In this document: piece after piece, positions 12,299 through 25,018 of the stretch | Numbering within the stretch: position 1 is the stretch's first letter | Layout of the letters: each line of letters starts with the position of its first letter | NCBI GenBank assembly: GCA_004431415.1 | Contig: QPMI01000655.1 | Location: forward strand, 205,157 to 269,156 | Origin: Cyanophora paradoxa CCMP329 | Lineage: Eukaryota; Plantae; Glaucophyta | Direction: 5' to 3' | Length of the DNA stretch: 64,000 nucleotides | Position numbers and translations under genes: made by a program | The notes under the pieces: model-generated | Told to the model about the DNA's origin: nothing | Database searches by the model: none | What the model saw: only the letters and a program-made list of their open reading frames with translations

Positions 12299-15200
12299 CT
12301 AGAAGACGCTGGAGAAGGGCCTGGCTGCGGCGGGCCCCGAGGGGGGCACCCCGCCCCCGCGGCCTGCCCGAGGGGGCCCCGAGGAGCGGGGAGCCGCGAA
12401 TGCGGACGGGGTGCCCCCCTCGGAAGGAGTCGGGGAAGCAACGGCGGGCGTTAGGGGCCCGGCGAAGGCGATGGCGCGGAACATCTCGCGGGGCTGCTCG
12501 AGCTTGCCCTCCTCGTCGGCGAGCTCCTCCAGCAGCCGCCCCGCCACGTGCAGCACCGGCCCCACGACGATCTGCCCCCCAGCGACTCAGCGCCCCGTCC
12601 CGGCCCCGCCCCCCGCGCAGCTCCCGGGCCGCACGTCGATGAACGCGATGACGTGCTCCGCGCTCGCCTGCCACGCCCGGAGCGCCGCCGGCGCGAGGCG
12701 CGCCGCCCGCCGCGCCCGAGCCACCGCCGCCGCCTGCTGCGCCGCCCCCGCCGGCCACGCCGGCGCCAGCGGGTTGTGCACGTGCGGGGTGGGGCCGGCT
12801 CCGAGGGAGTGCGGGCGCGGGTTCTCGGCGAGGGTGCGTCCGCGCGGGGCGCCGGGGGCGGGCCGCTGGTGGCCGTGCAGTAGGGCAAAGGAGCCAAGGG
12901 CGGGGCCGCCCATGATCAGATTCGTGAACCCGCCCTGCAGCAGGTCTGCGGGCGCCGCCGTCAGAGAGAGCGGGAGGCGTCGCGCAAGGCAGCGCACCCG
13001 GGGACAGATCGGCGGTGCCCACCGAGCTCGCCCCGTCCGACATCCCATCCTCCCGCTCCGGCGGCTCGATCGGCCCCGCCGGCGCCAGCTCCGCTGCGCG
13101 ACCCCGCGTCGGCGACAGCTGCAGGGCAGCGGCGCGTGGCGGCGCCGGCACGCGGCGCGGCGCGGCGCACGGAAGTACTGGTACGCGCTGTGGGGTGGGG
13201 CGTCAGGCGGGGCGGCCGCGGCGGGGCGGGGCGGGCGGGGCGGGCGGACAAGGCGGGGGCGGCGCGCTCGGCGACGTGGGGGAACTTGTAGCAGTCGGCG
13301 AAGCTGGCGACGCGGAAGAGGAGGGCGCAGAGGCGGGCGCGGGCCGGCTCGGAGAGGGACCAGGAGCGGTCGGGCCCGCCGGAGCGGAGCGCCTCGTACT
13401 CGCCGGCCGTCTCCTCCATGAGGAGGGTCCAGGCGAGCGCCGCCTCCGCCCGGTCCCCCACCGCCTCCAGGCACGAGCAGAGCGTGTTCGCGCACCTGCG
13501 CCCCCGCCCCCTCAGCCGCCCCTGCCGCCGGCGCGCGGGCGGGCGGGCGGGCGCGCGCGCGCCGCTCGTCCACCGAGTCGATCTCCTCGAGGATCTCCAG
13601 CAGCAGCGCCGCCACGCGCCCGCCCCGCGCGGCGCGCTGCGTCGACTGGCCGGCGGCGGACGTCCGGCGGGAGCCGGGCGCCGAGGAGGGCCTCGGCCCC
13701 GGCCTCCACATCGCCTCGCTCGTGGGAAACGAGCCCGAGCTGTAGACGCGCCCGATCCCGGGCGTCTCCTCCTCCTCCTCCTCCTCCAGCTCGGGCACCG
13801 TCTCGGGCTGCTGGGAGCGGCAGCGGCTGCGGACGCTGGCGGTGGCGGCTGGCGGCGAGGGCGAGGCGAGCTCGCCGACGCTCGGGAGGAGGCGCCCCTC
13901 GGCGGCCACGAGGCGGAAGGAGGGCGCCCGGAAGCTGAAGCGCGGGCGCCCCGAGGGCGAGGCTGGCGGCCCCGCTCCAAAGCCCAGCGAGCCCCCCCCA
14001 CTCGGAGGTCCCGCCGCCGGCTCCTGCGCCGCCGCCGCCGCCGCCGCCGCCCGCCGCATCTCTTCCACGGGCGAGGGCGCCGGCGCCGGCGCCGGGGCGG
14101 CGGCGGGCTTGCCGTCGAGGGGGTGCTGCTGGAGCCACTCGCGGGCGCGGGCGAGGGCGCTGCGCTCGAGGGCCTGCGGCGGCGCGGCCGGCCCCGGCCC
14201 CTGCCCCTCGGGCAGCCGCGAGGCCTGCAGGAGGGCCCTCACGGCGGCCTCGGCGTTGGAGCAGAGGAGGGCGAGGAAGATGCCGAGGATCTCGGCGGGG
14301 TAGACGTGCCGCCGCAGCCGCTCGACGCCCCGCACGAGCAGCGCGAGCTGGTGGGCGGCCTGGAGGGCCCCCTGGAAGCCGCGGGCGGAGGAGCCGGCGC
14401 GGGGCGGGGCGGCCTGGAGCTCCTGGACGAGGGCGTCGAGGGCGGCCTCCTTGCCGGCGAGCAGCGAGGCGAGGCCGAGCATGCGGAGGAGCTTGCCGAC
14501 GAGCGCGCGCGCCTCGCTCGCCGCCAGGTGCACGACGTCGCGGGCGTTGAAGGCCGGCTCCGCCACCCGCTCCCAGGCGAAGCCGCCGGCGAGCGCCGAG
14601 ACCGGCTCCCGGTCCTCCATCTCCTGCCGCGCCATCTCCGCCTCCTGCATCCGGATCAGGTGCACGCTCTGCGCCCGCTTGAAGCGCGGCCCGTGGCCGC
14701 TGCCGCCTGCATCAAAGTCGCCTCCAGCGCTCTCGGCGAGGCTTCCCTTGCGCGTCACAGCCGCTGTACGCGGGGACGCTGCCATGGATGGCGGCTCGCC
14801 GGGGGCCGGGCCAAGGGCGGCCCGGATGCGGCCCGCCGCCCCTACTTCCCGGTGCGTGGCCGGCGTGCGGGCGCCCTCCGGGCGGCGGCCGACGAGGAAG
14901 AAGGTCTCCATCGGCCCCTTGCCCTTCACGTGCACGCTCCCGCGCGGCTCGAGCTCGAAGCGCTCCCGCAGGCGCGCCTCGACGGCGGCGCTCACGTGCA
15001 CGCGCCCCGGCGCCCCCGACGACTCCATCCGCGACGCGACGTTCACGGCGTCCGACCAGACGTCGTACACCAGCTTCCGGATCCCGATCACCCCCGCCAC
15101 CACCGGGCCCACGTGCTGCGCCCCCGCCGTCGGCTCGCACGCGCGCGCGGGGCCGGGGGGCGGAGCCTCAGAGGGGCGGGCGGGCGGGGCGGACCATGCC

Positions 15201-18002
15201 GACGCGGATCTGGAGGTCGACGCGCTGCTCCTCCTCCACCTCCTCCCACTCCTCCGCCCCCGCCGCCGCCGCTTGGGCAGGGGCGGGCGACGAGGAGCGG
15301 GACCCGGCAGCGAGGTCGAAGAGAGAGGCGGGGAGGAGGACGCCCGGGGCCGGCGCCGGCGAGGCGCGCCCGTCGGAGGCCGGCCCGTGGATGGTTGTCG
15401 AGGGCCGCGGCGAGAAGCGCCCGCTGCCTTCGTGTTCTTCTTCCAGTTCGAGGCTGCCCCGCCGCGCAGGCGCCTCGGGCGGCGGCGGCAGCAGCGTGGC
15501 GGCGGCGCCGGGGCCGGGGCGGGGGGCGCGGCGGCGGGTCTTGAGGCGGACGGTGAAGGGCGGCACGTTCTCGAGCGCCTCGATCATCTCGAGGGCCGTG
15601 TCGGCCGCCGCCTCCACGTGCTGCGGGATCGGGAAGGGCAGCCCCGAGACCGCCATGTACGCGTCTGCCGCCGGGGGGTGTCAGAGCCCCAACGCGGCGC
15701 CGCCCCGGCCGGCGGTCTCGGGATATCGATGGTCTCACCCCCGATGGTCTTGATCTGGGCGCAGGGGGCCGGTCAGGGCGGGGCGAGGGGCCGGGGCCGG
15801 GCGGCGGGGGGGCGGGGGCGCCTTCTCGAGGCCGTGGCGCTCGCAGATGGCGTCGAAGCGGGAGAAGATGTCGTTGAGGGTCTGCACGAGCACGCGCGGG
15901 TCCAGCCTCTCGCTGATCGTCTGCGCCCCGCCCCCGCGCTCCAGCCGGCCCGGCGGGCGGGGCCCCGCGGGGCGCGGGGCGGGGGCGGGCGGGGCCGCAC
16001 GGTGAAGCCGACGATGTCGGCGAAGACGATGGCGACCTCCTCGTAGCGCGTGGCGAGCTCGAGCACCGGCCGCTCCTCCAGCAGCTCCTTCACCACGGGC
16101 GCCGGCAGGATGTTCAGCAGCAGCGACTGGTACCGGCTCTTCGTGTCCTCCAGCTCCTGCACCGCCCGCCGCCGCTCGCTCGCGTCCCGGATGCTCCCCA
16201 CGAAGAGCCGCTCGCCCCCGACCCGCGCCTCCGCCACCGAGAGCTCGATCGCTGCCCCGCCGCCCCGTCGGCCGCCGCCGGGGCGGGGCGGGGCGGGGCG
16301 GGCGGGCGGACGGAAGGGGGAGCCGTCGCGGCGGACGGCGGTCGTCTCGCGCAGGCGGCCGACGACGCGCGCCTCGCCCGTCTGCAGGTACCGCTTCACC
16401 GCCTTGTGGCTGCCCGCCCTGCCCTCAGCGCCCCGGCCCCGCCCCGCCCGCCGCGGGGCGCACTGGATGGAGCCGTAGAGCTTGCTCATGAGCATCTCGA
16501 CCTTGCTCCCGATGGCCTCCTCGGCCGTCCAGCCGAACATGGCCTGGGCGCTCCGGTTGAAGGCGGTGATCTGGGGCGGGTCAGGCGGGGCGGGCGGGGG
16601 CGGGGGGGCGGGGCGGGCCGTGGAGTTGGCGGTCATGACGATGACGGCGTCGTTCGCCTGCTCCATGAAGACGCTCACGCGCGGGTCCGCCCCCTTCCAC
16701 CCCGCCTCCCGCAGCTGCAGCAGCAGCAGCCCCCTCGATCCCGACCCCCGCCGCGCCACCCCCGAGCCCCCGCCCGCCCCCGTCGCCGGCCCGAGCGCGT
16801 CCCCGGTCGCCGCGTCCGTCGGGAGGCGGCAGGCGCGCATCTCGGCGAGGAAAGTTGTCCCGTCGGCGCGGCGGCACACGCTGTCCATCTCGACAGCCCG
16901 CCGCCGCCGCCGCCGCCGCGGGCGCCCGCCGCCGCCCTCGAGATCGTGATCGGGCCCGGCTGCATGCTCTCCCACTTCCGCCATCAGAACCGCCGGCGAG
17001 AGCTTCGGCAGCAGCGCAGAGAGGTTCGCCGGCGGCTGCGGCGCGGCGCGGCGCGGCGCGGCTCGGCGCTGGGCGCGAGGGGGCGGGGCGAGGGGGCGCA
17101 CCGGGGCGGGGGCCTCCGGCACCCCGAAGAGCTTGCGCGCCACCTGCGGCCGGCGGGCGCTCGGGGCGGCCCCGGGCGGAGCGCGGGCGGACGGCGCACG
17201 TCGTTCATGCGCGTAACGGCGCCGGCCTCGGTGACGCACAGGTAGGCCGCGCCCTGCGCCGCGCGGCCCGTGAGCCCGGCCGGCGGGGCGGGGCGGGGCG
17301 GGGAGGGCGGGGCGGGGCGGGGCGGGGGTGGTGGCGGGGGGGTCGGGCCTGGAAGGCGAAGAGGGCGTCGAAGTGCTCGCGCCAGGCGGCGAGGGCGGCG
17401 GCGGCGGCCTCCCACGCGGCCCGCAGCTCCGCCACCTCGTCCCGCAGCCACGCCCCCGCCGACGCCGCCCCGGCCGGCCCCGCCGGCGCCAGCGAAGGGC
17501 GGCGGTCGATGGCGGCGAGGAGGGCGGGGAGGGGCCCCGCGGCGCCGGCCCCGGGGCGGGCGGCGGCTGCGAGGAGGCGGCGCAGCGGCCGCACGGAGAG
17601 CAGGTGGAGGGCGGCGGCGGCGGCGGCCACGGCAAGGAGCATGGCGGCGCAGGCGGCTGCGAGGAGGCCGCGCGCCGGCGGCGGCAGCGGGTCGGGACCC
17701 AGCAGCACCGCCAGCACGCACGCCAGCGCTGCCGACTGCACCGCCGCCAGCACCGCCACCGGCACCGCCGCGCCCCGCGAGAGGCCCCCGCCCGAGCCCG
17801 ATCCCGCGCCCCCGGCGTCGAGCTCCGCTGGGTCATCGGGCCCGGGGGCATATGATCCTGAGCGCGTGCCGGCGACGCCGCGCGAGGCGGCCCGTGAGGC
17901 GCCGGCCGCGGCGAATGGCGCCGCCGGCACGGGCGCGGGGGCCAGGCTGTGCAGCGAAGCGGGGCCTTCTGGCACCACCCCGTGCTCCCTTCCGACCTTC
18001 AT
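12299..18002 (-). CDS. TM/PAS-domain class III adenylyl cyclase with PDE-like C-terminus, inverted paralog copy B
   Basis: Reverse complement is near-identical to 5.99-11.33 kb over domains and introns; same motifs in ORFs 15773..17851, 15168..15656, 12587..15112. Confidence 0.8.
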
Positions 18003-18794
18003 CGCCCGGCTGTGGCGACGGGAGGGGATGTCGCGCAAGCTCCTGTCGCAAGCTCGAGCTCCTGGGTTCGCTGCGGACGGTGGCGGGGCCGAAACTAGTG
18101 CGTGGGCAGCTGCAGCATCACCGCCTTTCAGGCCCGCAGAAAGTGCCGCGCGCCGCCAGCAAATGCATACGCGCTACCCTACTGGGCCTAGTACCGAGCG
18201 GCCGCGCCACTGGGCAGCTGGCGCCGGTAAAGCTCAAGCTTGCCGCATGCGTACGCGTACTGCAGTATATACACGCCGCGTTACTAATTTAGCTAAGTTA
18301 CCTGCAGGCTAGGCTGCAGCTGCAGCTGCCGACGTGCCGCATGCAAATTTTGGAAGCCGAACTTCGGAAGAACAGACTCTGCCAGGCTCTCCGAGGTCCC
18401 GCGGGGCGGCACCCGGCGCCGCGGCGCCGCCGAGGTCCCGCGGCGCTGCCATGCTAAACAGACTCACAGATCTAGATTCTAGAGTCTAGACAGGCTGTCG
18501 GAGGCCGACGGAGGGTCGACGGAGGCTGGCCCCGGGGGGTACCGGTAAAGTTTACACGCGCCGTTCGCGCGGCGGTACGAACGGTGCACGTGACGTCGAC
18601 GTCGACAGATCTAGGATCATCTAGCTTATAGAGCGACGGATCGGAGATCTATTTTTAGAGCGTAAGCGGCACTGAGCGCTAGCGGACCAACTGGTAAAAC
18701 TACTTAGTATTGTGCCCTATAGCTACTAGTAGTTTGAAAGTACTCTCCGAGTTCGGTGAATGGGGATACACTAATCTTGCGACGGGTACAGTGC

Positions 18795-21700
18795 ATGCTC
18801 AGCAAGATCAAGCTGCAAAAGCTTGAAGAGAAGCGCATCAGCACGCGTACGTACGTACTGCGGCATCGATAACGATCACTTCGAGCCCATGGCCAGGCCT
18901 AGGTCTGCAACATCAACCCGGCGAGGCTCAGCGCAGCAGCTGGCAGCGAATCCGTCCGCGTAGCGGCTTAAGCTTCGAATTCGCAGCGGCAGCGCGTCGT
19001 GCACGTGGCCGTGGCCGGACAGCGGAGCAGCGTACGCCCACGCGCGCAGAGCTTGATGTACGAGCAAGGGGAGGGCTCGGCTGCGGGGCACGTGTTCCGG
19101 CGCGCCTCCGTGTCCTCCGCGCGGCATGGATACGCGCGCATGCAGCTCCGGGAGCTGGAGCTGCAGGTGGAGGAAGTTCGCGCCGCCTCGACGCACGCGC
19201 CTGTGCACCCGATCGGCGCCGACTCGTACTGTGCACCCCGTGCGCGCCGTGGGTCCGGATCCGGAGGGGACGGGGAGGGCGACTCGATCCGCCTCGGCGA
19301 GGCCCTCAAGGCGCGCGCGCGGTCGCGACCCTTGAGATCGCGGCGCAGCGCCTCGCCGCCGCCCCAAGCTTCTCGAGCTTATGCCTGGGCCTGCACGTGA
19401 ACGCCCGCATGCGCAGGCGCTGCACAAAGAGCGCGAGAACGTGCGTCGCTACGGCGCTCTGGCCGCGTTCGGCGTCTTCTACGCGGTCCGCTCTCACTAC
19501 GAATCCCCCCCTTGGTCCTTCTCCTCTCGTATGCCTTGTCTGACCCCCACCAGATTTACCTCGTCGTTCTTTTCCTCCAGCGGGACACGCGCGCCGCCTG
19601 GGAAGTGCAGGTCTGCTCTGGATCAGAATTCGAAGCTCTAGATCTTCTCCTCGCGATCGCCCGGGGCGGGGGCCGGCGAGTGCGCGTGCGAGCGTGGTTG
19701 CGAGCGCCTCGCAGAGCTCGATCACGCGGGACATCGAGGCGGCGGGGCTCGCCGAGGTGAAGGACCCGCCCGACTTCCTCGCCTGGCTCGAGGGCCCCTT
19801 CCGGGACCTCGCCCTCCGCGGCTCCGGCGGCACCGTCGCCCGCCACAACCGCCTCATCGTACAGCCCCTCATCCTCCAGGTCTCCGTCCCGTACCCCCTT
19901 CGAGCTCGCTCTCGAATGTACCCCCGACGCCGCGCCCCGCCCCTGGCAGGAAAGGCACGCGCCAGAGCGGTGCAAGGGCCAGCCCCGCTTCGACAGGGCG
20001 AGTACCCCTCGGCGCCTTGAGCCCGTACCCCGACCCCCGCCACAGGTGTACCCTGAGTGCTTTACGGGGCCGACGATCGTGGAGCCGCGGCCGCCGGCGC
20101 TGGACCTGGACTATGCGGACCCGGTCAACGCCGCCGCCGGCAATCAGCTTCTGTGCGGGCCCCTCGAGCCCTCTGGCCCACTAGAGCCTTGGATTCCTGA
20201 CTCGAGACACGCACATGCACAGGAGAATCACGCGGACGATGTTCGACCTGCCCGGGGAGAAGCTGCCCGACCCCGCGGAAGCGAAGCAGGAGAAGGTCAG
20301 CGAGGCGGCTTCGCCGAGCAACAGGACGGCGGGGGCGGAGGAGGGGCCGGCGCCGACGCGGGAAGAGGCGTTCTACGCGGCCTTCATGCTCGGCCTCGCC
20401 GAGGAGTTCGTGTTCCTTTTCGGAGGGCGCAGCGTGCGCCGTGCACGCGCGAGCCCGACCGCGACGCTGACCGCCTCTGGTCCGCAGCATCACGAGGGCG
20501 GGGCGCGACTCGGGCTCCTTCGCGGGCGTCGAGATCAGTGCGCTGCGCTGCACCTGCCGTCCGAGCGCTGGGGAGCCTTAAGATGGGAAGATCTAGAGCC
20601 CGAGAGTCCTCAGGGCGAGGCGTAGGCTTGGGGTCTTCTCTGAGAGGAGGGGGTCGGGGGCGGGGGCAGTCGGGGCGCTGGACGCGCTGAACGGGACGCG
20701 GGCCACCTTCCTCGCCGACGTCGAGCTCGTCCGGGTCCGACCTCCAGCCCAGCGCCCCCTAGGCGCCCCGCCCCTCCGCCCCCGCCCCCTCCAGCTTCCC
20801 CGCGCCCCCAGTTCCTCGGCTTCGTCGGGCGCAACACCCGCTCCATCTCCGTCAAGTTCGGTCAGCGGCTCCGGAAATCGCGATCGATGCGGACCCCCGG
20901 CAGCGTGCACGCTCGAGCCTTCTTCACGACTGACTGGCTGTCGGTGGCTCGCCAGCGGCGTACAACGGGCACGTGCGGATGGCGTCGGTGGCGGAGGCGA
21001 AGATCGAGGCGGCGTACACGGGCAGCGTCGCCCCCTCCGTCTCCGTCAACGTCTTCCGCGCCGAGCTGTCCGCCCCGCCCTCATTCGAGGGATCCCCTCC
21101 GCCTCTCGCCCCCGCTCTCGCTCACGCTTCGAGCTCTCGCAGGTACTCGCAGCCCCTCGACTGGTTCCGCCTCGTGCGCCGCTGCGCATCTCCCCTCCGA
21201 CCCCCCTTAGCTCCCCGGCCACCGTGCCATCAAGCTTGCATTTGACGGCCATCGAGCTGATCATGAAGTGCGCGCGTGCGTTCGGACAGGCGCTGGAGAT
21301 CGTCGTTGTCTTGGGAGTCGCCGTCCGGTGCGCCCCCTTCCCCTCAGCTCCGCTCTCAGCCCGAGAAGCCGCCGCGGCCGCCTGCGCAGGCTCGTCGCCA
21401 CGGCCCGCGACCTCCTCCGGCAGCGCTGCAAGGCGAGCAAGACTTTCAGGCGAGGGGCCCTGAAAGCGGTGCGCCTGCGCCTGCCTGTCTCACAGAGCCG
21501 GCGACCATCATGAGCTGGAGCTGACCATGAAGCGGGGCAGTTGCTTGTGGGGCTGGCCGACCAGCTCGTCTTCGCGGCCGCCATCGGCCTCTGGGGCGCC
21601 GTCGTCGCCGCCACCTCCTCTCTCCCTTCCCCGCGCCCCGACGTGAGCCCAGTCCCGCCCCCTCCCCCCCCCCCCCTGCCCCCCCCCCCCCTCCTCTCCC

Positions 21701-22945
21701 TCCCCCCTCTTCTCTCCCTGCCCCGCCTCCCCCCCCCCCCCCCCCCCCCCCCGGGCCCGCCCCCCTACTCTGAAATATTTCGCAGGTGGGACAGAGCGGG
21801 TCCACCGACGAGGGGATACAAGCCATCGGCGTGCGCCCGCCTCGACCCGCTCCGCTTCTGAATCCAAAGAAGCGCCCGACGCTCGCTCGCGATGGGCGCA
21901 GCGGCTCTACAGGGACTGCGACCGCGCGGCGTCCCTCTTCAGAGCCTACCACGTCGTCAGCTCGATCAGTGCGCCTAGACCTTCAAGGGTTTTAATTAGT
22001 TATAATTAGACCAGAGCCTCGGGGCTCGTGATTCCGAAGTACAGCTAACCAATGACGTCGCTCGCGCGCGGCATTCGAAGACATCTTCCTGGGACTGCTG
22101 CGCCTCTACGGCCTGCTGCACTTCCAGGACCGCATGGGCGTCCTCACCCGCACCCTCGCCCGGGTCACCCGCCCACCGAGCCCCGGAGCCCCTCGAGCTC
22201 TTGGTCGGCCAGCTGACCCCGCCCCAGGGCGCCACTGACATGATGCACCTCGGCGCCCTCATCCTCGTCACCCTCATCGTGCGCGCCTTCGCTTTCTGCG
22301 TGTAATTTCAATGTGCGTGGCGGGCGCCGAATACCCGTCCTTGACGCATTCGAATTCCCGCAGGCTTTCGGTGCCCCGCTCTGCACGATCCCTGATGATC
22401 GTGATCGACCTGCCGGTGATCGTGATCATGACTGACGTGACCGCGCGCTCTTCCTCGCTCTTCTCGCAGCCGCAATGGTAGACGCCGAACCGCCGCTGCT
22501 AAATGCAACGAATCTCTGCCCGTCTAACTTTAGTAAGAGACACCTTTTCAGGGCACCCTCATGTTCGGGACCTACGACGTTTATTTCTCGGACCTGGTGC
22601 CCTCAAATCATAACCTTTGCACTCGCTTTTTCCCGCGATCGCTGACCGCGTCCCCAGGGATGGTCCCTCGCGACCCTCAGCGAGTACCTCCTCCTCATGG
22701 ACATGTTCAACCTGGAGGGGTACGCCGCTTCATGATTCGAAACGCTGCCGTTATTCAACGTCCGATGCATACGCACATGGCCTGCAGAATCGTGGTCAAG
22801 GAGATCGCCCTGCAGATCATCGTGCGCCCGGTCGCGACTTCAGCTTTCCCACTTCTCTTCAATCTCCTGCTTGATCTTGATCTCGCACCCGCGCCAGTTC
22901 CAGTGGGTGTTCGCCTTCATCGCGACCTACATGCTCGTCAACTTG
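18795..22945 (+). CDS. Polycystin-2/TRPP-like cation channel, 5' exons (interrupted by provirus in an intron)
   Basis: Exon peptides IYLVVLFLQRD, PDFLAWLEGPF..HNRLI, NTRSISVKF, YNGHVRMASVAEAKIE...VSVNVFR, YSQPLDWFRL-ALEIVVVL and the S6-like FQWVFAFIATYMLVNL. Start codon uncertain. Confidence 0.6.
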
Positions 22946-22950
22946 GTCCG

Positions 22951-22956
22951 TACCCC
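22951..22956 (+). repeat. Left target-site duplication TACCCC
   Basis: The same hexamer occurs directly after the right TIR (52757-52762). Confidence 0.9.
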
Positions 22957-23248
22957 ACACATAGGGATACCCCTGATCCAAGCCCTCCGGCCTTCGGCCT
23001 ACAGGCTTGGATCAGGGGTATCCCTATGTGTGCGCGTTTCAGGTACTAGGGTAGTAAGCATTTATTTCAGGTCTTAGGGTATTAATCATGTCTTTTTGGC
23101 ACCAGTATGTTGGCCGCCTCTGGGGTATTAGAAGCTTGGATTCGGCACCAATTAGGCAGGAGAGGCAGGAGGGTTATTTGTAAACTTTCCTATGGATTCC
23201 CCTCTTGTGTGGGATTTTACATATAACCCTCCTGCCTCTCCTGCCTCT
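22957..23248 (+). repeat. Left terminal inverted repeat (~292 bp) containing two hairpins
   Basis: Reverse complement of 52467-52756, with only a few differences in the loop of the inner hairpin. Confidence 0.95.
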
Positions 23249-23257
23249 ATCCATAAT

Positions 23258-23628
23258 TAAGACTGCCAACCATCTCTTCATTTCTTTACGTTTTCTCTTA
23301 AAGAGATATCTTGAATAGTCAGGGGATGGAAGGGGAATGGGAGTGTCTGGTAAAAGGGTGGTTTGAGGGATGGCAGGGGGATGGGATGGATGGCGGAGGG
23401 GATGGCAGGGGGATGGAGGGATGGCAGAGGGGATGGCAGGGGATGGGAAAATGTATGAAATTTGGTTGATTTGTGACGATATCTGGTCAGGGGATGGGAG
23501 GGGGATGGGACTCAGTCAGGGGATGGGACTTTTCTCAGAAAACAAATTTTGTTTTTGTTTTTTGAAATTTTCTATTCGAGTACAAGGGGATGGGTTTCCC
23601 ATCCCCTCATCCCCCCATCCTCCTCTCT
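23258..23628 (+). repeat. G-rich internal direct repeat, copy 1 (GGGGATGG array followed by CCATCCCC array)
   Basis: Aligns by eye with 31001-31355 (taagactgcc...aaagagatatcttgaatagtcagggg...gggacttttctcagaaaa...aggggatgggtttcccatcccc). Confidence 0.85.
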
Positions 23629-23630
23629 GC

Positions 23631-25018
23631 TCAAATCCTCCTCCTTGATCTCGTGGAAATTGCTGGAGCTTCATAGGTCTCCTTTGAATTCGAGAAATCT
23701 CTATACCACCTTACTGCCTCTGCTCCCCCTGCTAATCTCTCTGTTCCCGCCACCCTCAATCTCTCCAACTCTCTCCCTTGTTTCTTCTTCTTCCCTGCTC
23801 TGTCCTCCAATAATGGTTTATCTGGCACGTTTGGCGCCCTCTCAATCCCCTCTCTGGCCAAAAGTCGCTCTGTTCTGGCCTCTTTCTTTGCCTCTTCAAT
23901 GACATTTATTGATGGCGCCTCCAAGAACTCCACGGTTTCCACTTTCTGTAATTCGTAGTGGGCATAAAGTCGATCTATTAGTTTGCCAGAAATGTCCCTT
24001 AGTTTAAATTTGAACCCCTCCACTCCTTCTATTGTGAATATTTCGCGGCTCCAATTATTCCCTTGTTTGGCAAATGGGCTCTTCTCTATTTTAGTTCTCA
24101 CGTGGCTCCCTGCTGGATAGTCTTTTAGATATTCAATTGACTTCATGAATTTCTCGTTTTCTTTTCCGAGTATTAGAGGAACATGTACCTCTGTGGTCTC
24201 TGCTGGTTTCATCCCGTTGCTGAGTGGATGGTATTATTGTAGTTGTAGGCAAAATCTTGGAGCTTGTCGAAAAACTTTACAGTATTATTCGCTATACAAT
24301 ACGAGTTAATTAGCTTCTTTATTGTGCGATTAAAGGCTTCTATTCGGCCTTGGCTATTGTGATCTCCAACCTGCGAAACTTGGTGCTCAATCATCTGGGT
24401 TTCTAAATGGTCTTTAAATACCTTGTTCAGGAATTCGCTCCCAGCATCACTTTGTATCTTCACAATTGGACGAGGGACTTGTTGCTCAAGCTCCTTAAAT
24501 GCGTTCAATGTGCTTTCTGCTGTCTTTCCCCTCATGGGAATTATAAAGCCCAGTCTGGTGGTATTTTCTACAGCTGTGAGGAACGTGTTGTAGCCTTGAT
24601 TCTGTTTGCTGTACGAAGGATAAAAGATTAGGTCTATGGCATAGCAGTCGAGTGGCTGTCTTATTGGGATATAGGCAGTCTTCTTGGCAGATGGGAGGGG
24701 TTTATTTATCTGGTTGATTTCTTGGGCATCATAGAATCTACGGATTGTCTTTCTTGGCACATCTGGAAGCTCTTTGGCCAATGAAGCAAGGCCTTTAAAT
24801 CCTACCTTGGTGTCATAGAATGTCCTTGCTAAGGGATCCAAGTGAGGCACAGCAATGGCAGTTGGGATATCCGCAGGAACTAAAGCTTTGAGGTCACTCT
24901 TTTTCTGAATGCGACCCCTCTCTCCTCTTGAGGGATTGGGATTGGCAATATACTCACATCGTACTCTGTTTGTCTGCGTGTGATCTTTGATGACATCTAT
25001 ATTGGGATTAGAAAGCAA
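23631..25018 (-). CDS. Retroviral-type (rve) Maverick/Polinton integrase; one 1-nt indel near 24212
   Basis: DDE motifs YAIDL, QSDAGSEF, RIEAFNRTI; YNNTIHSATG|MKP is restored by adding one G; C-terminal VR..K..F.K...NWS.EIF.I...ELQKV typical of Maverick integrases. Confidence 0.9.

Noticed and set aside
5600-18300. Numerous long Arg/Pro/Gly/Ala-rich six-frame ORFs (also 53.5-64 kb)
   Set aside because: Expected from very high GC and stop-codon scarcity; they are shadow frames or read through introns of the real spliced genes.
22561-23049. ORFs 22561-23049 and 52664-53431 sharing HRDTPDPSPPAFGLQAWIRGIPMCARFRY
   Set aside because: The shared peptide is simply translation of the TIR.
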